Positions 1 to 11,773 of a stretch of DNA of 60,593 bases are shown piece by piece (the first letter of the stretch is position 1; each line of letters opens with the position of its first letter). The notes under the pieces are model-generated. The model was not told the DNA's origin and ran no database searches. It saw nothing but the letters and a program-made list of their open reading frames with translations. The DNA comes from Girardia tigrina (Eukaryota). The stretch lies in contig MQRK01244289.1 of assembly GCA_001938485.1 (NCBI GenBank), positions 28,531-89,123 on the forward strand. Reading direction: 5' to 3'. The position numbers were made by a program, and so were the translations under genes.

Positions 1-470
1 TTCAGTGAAAATTTGAAGTTTCTATGTGGTCTAAATGCTGAGATATAGGCAAAAGTAAATGGCCCATTCTTGACAAGATGAAATACAGTGAAGGTATATG
101 AAAAGTGCTTAAATACATAAAAAGTCAATTTTTATAATAATTTTTCTTTTCAGTTGTGTGTCTTACACAGATGACACTTAAGAGTAACAGTTTTGCTTGA
201 TTGTTCATGTTCTGTCTGATTTCAGGTTGCTGAGTTATGGCATTTTAAGAGTGACTGAATGTTATGATGCCTTAAGTTTTGAGCTCCATTTAATCCATGA
301 TAAATCGAACAACTCCTAGACTCAAGTCATACAGAACAAGATCTTTAAACATCTGATGTATCTCAAAGTTTTGATCGACATGTTCTTATGGTAATGTACT
401 ATTTTCTTCATGTGCAGCTCTCTTCAGATTGTTCGTCGCTACAGATTGATGCCCGTTTTGGAAGAGCTAA

Positions 471-1013
471 TATATATATTATAAAAGCCCAAGTCACTCA
501 CTGCTTCACTAACGCTGACGTAATCAAGCGCTGACGTAATCAACGCTGTAAGGTAAATTTTTGAAATGATTTTATAATCAATAAAGAAATGATTGTATAT
601 TAATATATTTATTTATTAAAAGCAAGTTAAGTAAAACGTGGTAAAATATTAATAACTAGCGCGCTCGGCCCGCTTCGCGGCCCTCTCTTGCCGGGGGTTC
701 AATTTTTTTTATATTATAAAAGCCCAAGTAACTCACTGCCTGCCTCACTGCCTCACTAACGCTNNNNNNNNNNNNNNNNNNNNNNNNNNNNNNNNNNNNN
801 NNNNNNNNNNNNNTTATAATCAATAAAGAAATGATTGTATATTAATATATTTATTTATTAATATACAATCATTTCTTTATTGATTATAAAATCATTTCAA
901 AAATTTACCTTACAGCGTTAGTGAGGCAGTGACGCAGGCAGTGAGTTACTTGGGCTTTTATAATATAAAAAAAATTGAACCCCCTGCAAGAGAGGGCCGC
1001 GAAGCGGGCCGAG
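471..1013. mobile_element. Rearranged non-autonomous Helitron-like sequence (tandem plus inverted copies)
   Basis: The unit tatattataaaagcccaagt(c/a)actcactgc occurs at ~476 and ~710 and inverted at ~920-967. The minus strand of 656-693 reads gggccgcgaagcgggccgagcgcgCTAG-t, a GC hairpin followed by CTAG as in Helitron 3' ends. Confidence 0.55.
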
Positions 1014-1054
1014 TATATATATATACATGTGTGTGTGTGTATGAGAGAGAGAGT

Positions 1055-1496
1055 TAAGTCGAATTTGTGTGATTGCCGAATTCATGAACTAGTCAATTTT
1101 TGACTAATTAACTAACTATATGATAATTTTTAATTTTAATATGACATTCTCTCAATTAAAAAATATCAATTTAATATGAAAAAATATTAATTAAATTTGA
1201 AAAAAATCTTAATTTAATATGAAAAATAGACCAAAAATGTAAAATTTCTATTCATAGTTATTAAAACGTCTTCCTTCATGGAAAGCTAAATTGTAAACGT
1301 TTGTATTTTTAATACATGTTTTATATTAAATTGATATTTTTTTATATTAAATCGATATGTTTCCTATTAAAAACATTGTTTTTCATATTTAACATACAAT
1401 TTTTCATATTAAATGTTAATATCAATTTCAAAATTGAAATAAAAAATTTTTAAATTGCCGAGTTCGTGAATTTGGCAATTATACAAATTCGGCATA
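1055..1496. mobile_element. MITE-like element with ~45 bp imperfect terminal inverted repeats
   Basis: Left end taagtcgaatttgtgtgattgccgaattcatgaactagtcaattt; reverse complement of the right end tatgccgaatttgtataattgccaaattcacgaactcggcaattt; AT-rich non-coding interior. Confidence 0.6.
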
Positions 1497-1509
1497 ATAT
1501 ATATGGATT

Positions 1510-3144
1510 CAGTGGATTCCGCTTTATTGGGACACATCGAGACTTTGGCATTTTGTCCTAATTAAGCAGCTGTCCCAATTAAGAGAATATCGCGTTTTTA
1601 TCAATTCAATTCATGCTATTAACTAATAATGAACAAATTTAATAAAACGATGCTTACTTTTATTCAAAAATTGATAATACATATAGAATTTTAAGATAAA
1701 AACAATAATTGCTAAGTAAAATAATAAATAGCCTGGCACATAGAATGTTATTCAATGAAAAGATGAGTTTTAATATTTTGTAACATCGTAACATTTCATT
1801 TGTACAAAATCTGCACAGATATTCATTGCAGATGTAGGACTCCCTTCATTTCCTTCCTGCATAAAATAACGCTGTAACATGGACATACATTTTGTGCCTC
1901 CTGGTTAGTCACAGTTACAATTGACTGCTCATCATCATCATTTAATTTTTCATGTTTTGATTTAATTGCTTCTACAATGGAATCCTCACAATCTAATATG
2001 TAATTTACCAATTTTCTACGATACAAAGTCCTTAAATTTTTTATCTATTCATTGGTTGAACTAACGATGTGGTACTTGGGGGAATAAATTCCAGCTGTAT
2101 ATTTTGTAGATTGTCTAAATAAGGGTGCGCCGCACAATTGTCAACAAGCAGCCAAATTTTTCTTTGTTTAATTTATAAGTTTTGATCCCAACTAGTAAGC
2201 CACTTTCGAAGAATTTCAGAAGTCATCCATGCATTTTTGTTTGCATGGTACGCAACTGGTAAACCCTCCATTCTTAATCCATTGAAGCATCGAGGCCTAT
2301 AACTTTTTCCTATTAGTAGTTTTCGCTTGTCAGTAGCGAACATATTTGCACAATATGATACAGTATTACGGTCCACTTTTTTTTATAAGAGGACAGTGCT
2401 ATGTGTTTATATCATCAAGAACCATCTGGAGTTGTTCGATAATAGAGACCGGTTTCATCGGCATTGTAAATGTCATCAGTACAAAATTTCTCTAAAAAAG
2501 TAGGGATTTTCATAGTTTTCCATTGCTCGACACTTTTTTGTCGGCACTGATCTTTTCACCGTGTTCTTTTTTAAATTTAATATTGTGTATTGCTTTCCAT
2601 CGCGATAACCAACCATCAGTTGTTTTGATATCGTTGCTTCCCAGTTTTGTAGCCAATACTTCTGACTTCGCTTTTAACATTGGTACGTTAATATTTACGC
2701 CTCTGTCATTAACACAATTGAAAAATATTAATATAACTTCAACTTCTGGATCCTTTCCCTCACGTTTTCTTTTGGATGTTCCTGCTTGTCCTTCCTGTAA
2801 AAGTAATTCCTCACGAAGTTGATTCTCTTGTTGTAAGATATGCGGTATGGTCTATTTTGGTATACCAGTGATCTCAGCAAGATGACGATAACTTTTATTA
2901 GGTGGCTGATTTTTTATTTTATTCAGTAACGCAATTTTATTTGAAAATGTCAAATCATTTCTTGGCATTTTGGCAAGGTTAAGCTTTTTGAAAATAAATA
3001 AAGAAAATAAGGTTTAAATTTACTGTCCAAATTAAGCATAATATTGTCCCAATTAAACAAACAATTTCATTATTTATTTCTTGTTTTTGTTTCGGTTCTC
3101 TGAGATTTGTCCCAAATAAGCGGCTGTTCTAATTAAGCGGAATC

Positions 3145-3149
<5 letters not shown>
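1510..3149 (-). mobile_element. pogo/Tigger DNA transposon, degenerate
   Basis: TIRs cagtggattccgctttattgggac / gttctaattaagcggaatcgacta enclose a disrupted CENP-B-like DDE transposase. Confidence 0.88.
1823..2968 (-). pseudogene. Tigger-type (CENP-B HTH + DDE_1) transposase pseudogene
   Basis: ATG at 2968 (MPRNDLTFSNKIALL), then GWLSRWK, DIYNADETGLYY, LLIGKSYRPRCF and ANKNAWMTSE; interrupted by stops and frameshifts. Confidence 0.85.

Positions 3150-3182
<33 letters not shown>
3149..3182. repeat. (TA)n microsatellite at the Tigger terminus
   Basis: Read directly from the sequence. Confidence 0.95.
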
Positions 3183-3186
<4 letters not shown>

Positions 3187-6100
3187 AGTGGTAAAGTGAT
3201 TTTACCATATATTTAAAATATATTATAGGTCAGTTATTACCTTGAAATTAAAATTAAAATACATTTACAAAACTATAAATGGAAATGCGAAAATTTAATT
3301 TAATTGACCCTTTCCAGCCCAAATTATTATTTAAGCAAAATATTGGGGGATTGAATATCCGTTATAATGTATATTTAAATTGCTAAGAAACAAGTGAGAA
3401 TAGCGCTTTTTTCGCATTCTAATATATGTAGTGTCATCTATAAGACTAGACATACTAGACAAACCAACAAAAATCGCTCTTAATAATATTATTAATAATA
3501 ACAATAATAATTATTAAAAAATATAAATTATTATAGTAATAATAATATTACTTCGTTAAGTAAAATATTATTTCTGCAGTCGAACTATAATAATTTGTAT
3601 CATTTGTCTATCAAATCAAAACTTTATATATTTGAATGCTCTTAGAAATCTGAAAATTCATAATATAATTGCTAAAATTTTTTATAAATTCAAGTCTGAA
3701 GTAATTTCATTCTATAACAATTATCATAATTATATATAAATCTACATTTATTAAATAAATTTTTAAATTAATATATTTATTGTTTTCTCAAAAAAAATAT
3801 TTTATATTTTTTAACATTTTTAAAAAGATAGTTTTAAGTAAAATTGTGTTGATGATGTTAAAAATGTTTTAGAAAAAATTTATAATATAAATATATTACA
3901 AAATAGGTGAAAGATTTAAAAGGTTGATCACAATAATTTCTTTCAATTACTATAATTAAAATAATATTAGTAAAATATTATGATGTCAAATATAAAATTT
4001 GCAGCATGTTCCCACAGTATTCCTTACAATCATCTTTGGTTATTTATCTACACCCTTGTGTTTATCCACTCTTTCAGTTGTTCTTCAATTATGCACCTAT
4101 ATCTGATAATTATATTCTTCTACTTACCGAAGCGATTCTCAATTCGATTGAGGAATGGAAGCCATCAAACGACAAGTTTCTTACGTTATCCATGATCATT
4201 ATACGTGTATGGATTTGCAATTCAGAACAAATAGCTCGGAGTTCTGAAAGGTAAATTGGCAATTGTTCACTTTTTACAGTACGATCGTGAAGTTTATGCT
4301 TATCAAATCAACATAAGAAATATTTCAACCTCTGGCCTGAGGTACTGATGTAATATAATGCGCTCTTGTTTTTGTACTTCCTCATTTAGGGCTATTTCAT
4401 TCCTTAAACCCGACCTTGTTCAAGAACAAGAATTATTTAAGAAGAATCAAATGTTCCAACTGACGATGCAGATGAGCATAATTATAGATATCAAATTTAA
4501 TATACAAAATCTAAGAGTATAAATGTTTACTGGTGTTGCTGCACCAAGCACTATGCCCGTTCTCTCAACTCTAGTTGATCTTCCTTTTTACTTCAAGCTT
4601 GTTGAATATTTTTTTTAAGGTAACATTAGTTTAAAAAGATTTTGTTTTTGTACAATTTAGACGTTTTTGATTGCACAACATATGTAATTGAATGCAATAA
4701 CACCGCAATAGATCGTAAAACATTGTACTAGAACCTGTCTTGATTTAAACACCCGTATAACTTCCTACAATGAAGAGCTTGGGATCTCCATTTGATAATC
4801 GGTAATTAAAAATATCTTAATAAAATGTCTCGTGTCTCTTTAAAAATTGCTGATTGCAATAGGAAGATTTTATACAAGCACGAAAAATAATAATGCGAAT
4901 AAATCAGAAAAATCTTCCAAAACTTCAGAACGAGTATAATTGACAAGTCCATAATGCAATTTTATTTTAATTTGAGATGTAATTAAAATATTTTTAAGTA
5001 ATTGTTTATTTTGTTTTTAAAAAATTCCCTATTTTCTAATAATTTTAAGTGCAATTGGAAATTTTTCTTGAAATAAACAGACATAAACGAAAAGAAAATT
5101 AAAATTTTTTAAATTTTAAGAAATTCGAAAAGAAAATTTTTAATTATTAAAAAATAATATCATGAAAATGATCAACAATAAACCTTCAATCTACTGCACG
5201 CATTTAACGAATGTACGTATTTGAAGTAAAATGTCCATGGACATGATAATATTTTAAAAATTAAATTCCACTAAAAAGCCAATTTATACACAGAAAATAT
5301 TAGACTTTCTTAAAATTATAATTATGATGTGACACGATTTAATTACTATTCACTGGAATGATAATTGCGTCAGTGGAAACTGTCATCCGGGAAATCCGAA
5401 TGCCACTTAGAGAGGGATTAAATTATTTTGAAAATTATGAATAAATTTTTGATAAATTTTATAAATAGTAAATAGTATAAATTGAGGATTTCCGTTATTG
5501 TGCACTTTTCAAAATCATTAGGAATTCTTTTAGGAATGACTTCAATCGTTTAACAAAATTAGAAAAGGAAAAATATTGAACATATGAAAAAATATTTGAA
5601 TAGTGGTCCGGAAGATCCCCAAGTTGCCCAGAAAACCTGGCGGTGGTAGCAGACGCGCGCATGGAAATATGGATAGCCAATCAGAGCGAGTTTACTATTC
5701 AATTTTTCTCTCTGGCTCATCACCCATTTCTATGGTTACCGTAACCAAGATACATAACATTTTATTTTACATGTAAAATCTACATGTAAAAACTTCTATT
5801 GTACTTCAAGCATGCATCAATATAATACATAGCATCTGTATAATCAACTAATGTACACAAGTAAAATCACAAGTACCATGGTTACCGTAACCATGATATG
5901 TAACATGTTAATATTAGACATTATACTATGTTATATTATATTATGTTATGTTATGGTACTTGTGATTATACTTGTGTACATTAGGAAATTCATGAGGTAT
6001 TGTTTGATGGTAAACAACATACATATATCATATGGGTTTCAGATATATACGAAAATATAGATTTTTGAGCACTTTTTGAGAATTTCATTTCGATTTATCA

Positions 6101-6677
6101 GCACTTTTATGAAAATGTTGATGTTGAATCTGAATGTGCGTGTGTGGGTTACTATTCAAGTGCATGAGCACTTTTCTGATATTCTGCTTTCTTGTACCTT
6201 TAAAATCAATGTGCGCTTTGTGCAAATTTACACATTATGCTAATTATAGAGAAAAGTAATCAATATATGAAAATTTGAATTGCATATTCAAATAGAAAAT
6301 CAAAATTTGCATCAAACACATGATATCGATTTTTGACACTAGTACTTTAAAAAAATTTGATGTATTGATTTTTGTACTTTTGCACATGTGCAACTTAAAA
6401 AGCACTGTGCTAGCACATTAGAAATGTGTGGCAAAATGTGCACTATCGATTAGCACTTTCAAAATATTNNNNNNNNNNNNNNNNNNNNNNNNNNNNNNNN
6501 NNNNNNNNNNNNNNNNNNNNNNNNNNNNNNNNNNNNNNNNNNNNNNNNNNNNNNNNNNNNNNNNNNNNNNNNNNNNNNNNNNNNNNNNNNNNNNNNNNNN
6601 NNNNNNNNNNNNNNNNNNNNNNNNNNNNNNNNNNNNNNNNNNNNNNNNNNNNNNNNNNNNNNNNNNNNNNNNNNNNN

Positions 6678-7175
6678 TTGCTATGGTCATCGCGACCGTT
6701 GCTAGGGAACCGTCGACCAATCAGAAGCGTTGCTAAGGTGTTCGTGACCGTTGCTATGGTGATCGTGACCGTTGCTAGGGAACCGTCGACCAATCATAAG
6801 TGTTTTTAGGTTATCGCGACCGTTGCTATGGAACCAGGAACCAATCAGAAGCGTTTCTAAGGTGATCGCGACCGTTGCCATGGTAACCGCGACCGTTGCT
6901 ATGGTAGCCGCGACCGTTGCCATGGTAACCGCGACCGTTGCTATGGTAGCCGCGACCGTTGCTATGGCGATCGCGACCGTTGCTAGGGAACCGTCGACCA
7001 ATCAGAAGCGTTGCTATGGCAATCGCGACCGTTGCTAGGGAGCCATCGACCAATCAGAAGCGTTACTAAGGTGATCGTGAATGTTGCCATGGTAACCGTG
7101 ACCGTTGCTATGGTGATCGCGACCGTTGCCATGGTAACCGCGACCGTTGCCATGGTAACCACGCGGTAACTAGTT
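6678..7175. repeat. GC-rich minisatellite with a 21-bp core gcgaccgttgc(c/t)atggta(a/g)cc, interleaved with gttgctagggaaccgtcgaccaatcagaagc units
   Basis: Tandem units are directly visible. The array abuts an N gap on the left and is followed by a C8-G7 palindrome at 7180-7195. Confidence 0.95.
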
Positions 7176-7270
7176 ACGACCCCCCCCCGGGGGGGAGGTG
7201 GGGCCAAATGCCCATTTTTCTCCTACTAAAATGCAAACTATGTTCGAATAACTATATCTCGCGAACATCC

Positions 7271-7368
7271 AAAATACCAATTTTCCACCTGGGTGGGAGA
7301 AACACATTTCCAAATACTAAACTCAACATACAAATTTCAACATACAAAATTTAAAATATTCCTCACAG
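7271..7368 (-). repeat. Dispersed two-box element, copy 1
   Basis: Minus strand: ctgtgaggaatatttt...tttggaaatgtgtttctcccacccaggtggaaaattggtatttt. Confidence 0.8.
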
Positions 7369-9396
7369 TAGTCAAAGGGTTAAATTGGAATAGATTTTAA
7401 GTATTTTGAAGAGAGTTGTTTTTAATTAATATTATTTTGAAATAAATTATTAATTTTAAATTAAAAACCATTTTAAATATTTTGCAAAGAATAGTTTATT
7501 TTTAGTGTATTATTTAAAAAGAAATTTTAATTGATTTAGATATTATTTTTTAAGTTTCAGTTTTAGGGAAATTTGATCAGAATTTGATTGTCTGGATAAA
7601 CGTTTGCGAATTTATTATTAAAGAAAGTTAAAATTTTGTTTAAAATAAAAATTATTAATTTTTGCTAATAAAAATGAATTTGACTTCAAATATCGAAAAC
7701 GATATCAACTCAACTAACATGATTATTTGTGGTAAATAAAAAATATCGCCTGTCGCTCGTTTTCCGAACGGTCTTTACAAAAAGACTTGGTGCCTTGCAT
7801 TTGAAAGGTGATTGGATAATTCAGCTGATGAGAACTTTTTTGGTGGCTTGAGTTAGCCTCAAAATTACTAAAAACATTGTTTTTATTTTAATTATTTCAA
7901 ATTTATTTAGAAATATACTTTTTTTTCAGTTTTTAACGACTCAACTTCAAAATATTATATCAATAATAACAAATTGACTGTCGAAGTCGGATATATTCGA
8001 CATGTGTTTCAAACCTTTTAATAAGCAAATCGATTTCCTTCATGTTCTTTGATTGATTTTCACTTTTTATTTTATTAAATGTGCAGTTTTAGAAGAATAA
8101 TATTAATTTTAGTCCTTTAAGGAATCACGTGAAAAAAATTCAACCAATTTTAGTATAAATATCGAAGAGTTTCGATAACAAAGAGTTAGTGATTCAGGAA
8201 TTAATTTAGATCAAACACACCCATAAAAACGCTCTTTATTGGAAAATTGATGAAAAAAGCCTATGTGACACTAGTCAAAGTTAAATCTCTATGAGAGACT
8301 TCTCTCTTTCAAGTCGAAGTTTATTTAAGAAACAATCATAATTTCATTATTTATGGCTAACTTTCATTATAATTATTAAAATTGACAATCTTTTTCACAA
8401 TATTCGTTTTCAATTAAAAATTTGACTGTTTTAATTAAAAAGATACGTACCTAATAACAATTGTTTCAAAAGAGAATTTATTTGAATTGGTAAAAAAGTA
8501 TTAAAAGATTTTACAATATATCAATTAGTAATAAAAAAGTATTTGTCTCTAAATTATAGTTTATTAATAGAACATTCGATCACTAAAATGGCTTCAATCA
8601 TTTTCAATAAATATATCTTAAAATTAATGATGATTTTTTTAAGTCTATAAGGGGTTAGTTTAAATTTAAGTTTCGCCAAACTAGTTTATTATTTTTTTAA
8701 TTTGAAAATTTAAAAGAAATAAATTAAAAAACTAAAATGTAGAGTAAAAATATGATAAAATGAATACTTATTTAAAATATGCTTACAGTAATAACAATTG
8801 ATATATTTTAATAAAATTCATGAAATAAGTTTGAATAAATTTTAAAATAAATAATTAACGGATTAATATTTTAAGAAATAATTTTTTAATAAAAGGGTTT
8901 ATTGTAAACTTCAATAAATTAGATTTTATGATAAAATTTTCGAAAATAATTTAAGGTTTAAATTTCGTAAAATTTCAAAATTTAATCGAAAAAATTTAAT
9001 GAATTAATTTTGGGCGAATTTTTTTTAAATATGTGAATTGTTGATATTAATAAATTTTGTGATGTTAAATTATGATTTCGGAATTCGATAAAAATACATA
9101 ACGCTGCTTACAAAGTCGAAAAAACAAATTAGTTTCAAATTGTTTCAAAATATATTTTGCGAATTCAAATCTAAAATACATTCACGAAATATTTTATGAA
9201 AATCGAAAATTTGAGTCGAATAGATCTGAAAATTGGACAGGATTATGGCATAATAGTATAATAATAACTAATAATAGTAATAATAACTAATAATAGTATT
9301 GTAATTTAAAATAAGATTATAAAGCATTTTTAAATTAACTAAACTGGCAAAAGACAATGTTCAAATCACAAAAAAATAATAAATGTATTTCAATCA

Positions 9397-9398
9397 TA

Positions 9399-9463
<65 letters not shown>

Positions 9464-9520
9464 ATTTATTNNNNNNNNNNNNNNNNNNNNNNNNNNNNNN
9501 NNNNNNNNNNNNNNNNNNNN

Positions 9521-9581
<61 letters not shown>

Positions 9582-9585
9582 ATTT
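9397..9585. repeat. (TA)n-rich microsatellite spanning an N gap
   Basis: Read directly from the sequence. Confidence 0.95.
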
Positions 9586-10243
9586 ATTATCAATCATTTC
9601 AAAGTCCTTTGAAAAATCGCATTTTTTAAAAATAATGAAATAACAAATTTTTTTAATTAATTTTTTTCACACAAAGAATTTAATTTATTTTTTTTATTAA
9701 AAATGATTTTTGTTTTCACAAAGAAAAGGAAATCTTTTCATAAATAATAAAAGACAAATGAAAATTTTAATTAAGCAATAAAATAAACTTTTCAATATCT
9801 AATGAAACCAAAACTATTTAATTTCATGTTGGAATTCATTGAAATTATCAATATTTTGCTTTCAGATTTTTTTCCTTTTAATGATTTAAACAAACAAAAA
9901 TATTTGAATATGAAAATTAAAACAAATATGGGAATCTGTACTTCCATTATGTTTTATTGATTTACAACGCACTCGAAACTTCATTTCTTTCCCCCTTTTT
10001 GTAATGGAAATAAATATTCATTTATAAATTATTATTTGTTTTAATTGGAATTTTTTTCTCTGATTTTCTGAATAATTTTCGATTTTTTAATTTTTTCCGG
10101 CAAAAATATTTGTTCGTCATGTAGAATTTGTAAGATTTACGCCACACCATAAACAAATGGCTCTGTCTCAAAACAGACAAATTCTTTTCTTAAACATTCG
10201 TTATAACAATTTCTACAAAATTTAATTTAGTTTATTTAACCAA

Positions 10244-10340
10244 TTCGAGGAATATTTAACATGATTATGTATGTGGTGAGTTGATTTAGCATGCTTTACC
10301 TAGAATGGTGATTCTCTCGCCCAGTCGGTAGTTGGTCTAT
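10244..10340 (+). repeat. Dispersed two-box element, copy 2
   Basis: ttcgaggaatattt...tagaatggtgattctctcgcccagtcggtagttgg. Confidence 0.65.
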
Positions 10341-11204
10341 TAATATACTTATGCTGACCGATTATTCGAACATAATTAAAATTTTAAAAAGATAATGAAA
10401 TTAATAATCTGATAGAATTTAAATTTATGTTGAAATTGTTATTCTGATATGTATATGAATCCGAAAATCAGGTAAGTCATAGTGAAATTAAAGCTGGATG
10501 GTAAATCGTATTAGGAAATCAAAAAAACTCAGAATTTCTAGTAGGGAAATTAAAAAAATATATAAATTTATACAACTGAGTCAAAAGATTTTGATAGTGG
10601 AGTGGTTGTTGGTCGTAGGCCAGTTTTGTGCATCTAAGAATTAAATTTGAAGGAAATGTTGTGCCACATAACTTTCAGTTTTTCAGTATTTCCGAAAAAT
10701 TGGATTCCGATTGAATTTCGCTTATCCCATATTAAAATTAGAATTTATCCAAAAATATCTCGATAAACAAATTTAATATTGTAATGAAGTATTGTTTACA
10801 GACTCATCTATGCAAAGTGCAGCAAGGCAAATGTTAATGAATAACCAACTTTTTGTCAGTGAAAACGAAAAATCAATCTTTTGTAATTATTCTAAATTTT
10901 TTTACTAAGTTATTTACCGTATTCAGTTTTTAAAAACATTTTTTTATTTAAAACATTTTAAATTTAATTCTTATTGATACATGCAGACGCAAGTAACTTT
11001 TTGATGCCCGAGTTGTTTAATGAGGGTAACAGAATGATAAGGCTCCTTTCAACGGAAGTAGAATGATTAAAGTTGGGATAAAAAGAATGTAGGAACAGTT
11101 CTTTTACCAATTTTGACACTCATTGAGAACTTTTGGGTTATATAAGATATTATCAGAATCCAATAACCTCATAAAAAAGTATCAGGCTTAATACCTTATG
11201 ATGA

Positions 11205-11309
11205 GGGATGCAATGTCGCTCGCCTCCCCGTGGTGTATCCTGGGAACTAGATAGAGGGTTTCCTCCCATTCTAAAAGGGGGTCCCTTGATCTAGGATAAA
11301 TGAGTGGAC
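11205..11309 (+). ncRNA. HDV-like (nested double pseudoknot) ribozyme fold at the LINE 5' end, probably inactivated
   Basis: P1 gggatgc (11205-11) pairs with gtatcct (11235-41) with a G1.U wobble. P2 gtcgctc pairs with gagtggac. P3 gcc/ggt closes L3 tccccgt, and GG at 11242-43 is placed for P1.1. P4 is the hairpin ctagat...atctag. J4/2 reads gAtaaat where gC is expected. Confidence 0.75.
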
Positions 11310-11773
11310 GGATCGACGGGGCTAGCAACCCTATCCTTCGCTAAGACATAGCTTCTAAAACTCAAACAAGGGTTCTGGAAGGACCCGAAGTCATTAAGCT
11401 CCCGAGAGGGGGATCCCTCGTTAAGGCTTCCATTTGCAGTGGACTGAGGGTTGGAACTTGGAATGTTCGAGGCTTAACCGATGAAAAGATACTAAACATC
11501 GTCAGTATCTTCGAAAAACTGAAAATCGATATGTGTATACTCACAGAGACGCACTGGATCGGAACCGACATTGCCTCTTTCGGGGATTGGAGGATCCATC
11601 ATAGTGGCAGTACGAGTAACATAAGGGAAAAAGGCGTAGCCATGATGGTAAAATCTGGGGATTCAATGAACATCGAATTCGAAGCGATCAGTGAGAGAGT
11701 GTTCCTCTGTCATATACCCCAAAGGTCGATCACAGTGGTGGGGGTATACGTTCCGACTGACAGCTTAGCTTAA
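11205..11773 (+). mobile_element. 5' fragment of an RTE-like non-LTR retrotransposon (5' UTR plus APE endonuclease N-terminus)
   Basis: From 11444 the frame reads LRVGTWNVRGL...IDMCILTETHW...SG...KGVAMMV...ISERV...VVGVYVPTD, the EEP/APE endonuclease motifs. The GC-rich island ends abruptly at about 11770. Confidence 0.85.

Noticed and set aside
4006-4580. Possible hAT transposase fossil (LTEAILNSIEEWK...)
   Set aside because: Too degenerate; no catalytic motif or TIR could be confirmed by eye.
6678-7175. CRISPR-like array
   Set aside because: There are no unique spacers or cas genes, and the context is eukaryotic.
6418-7207. ORFs such as VATVAMVTATV and SNGRGYH repeats
   Set aside because: They are translations of the 21-bp minisatellite and of N runs, open in several frames on both strands.
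5405-7260. Polinton/Maverick assignment for the block holding the X-box array
   Set aside because: No matching terminal inverted repeats or coding remnants are visible.
7805-7870. ctgatgag as a hammerhead ribozyme core
   Set aside because: There is no GAAA after a proper stem II, and stems I and III are weak.
9357-9643. YIYIYI ORFs
   Set aside because: (TA)n microsatellite plus a gap.
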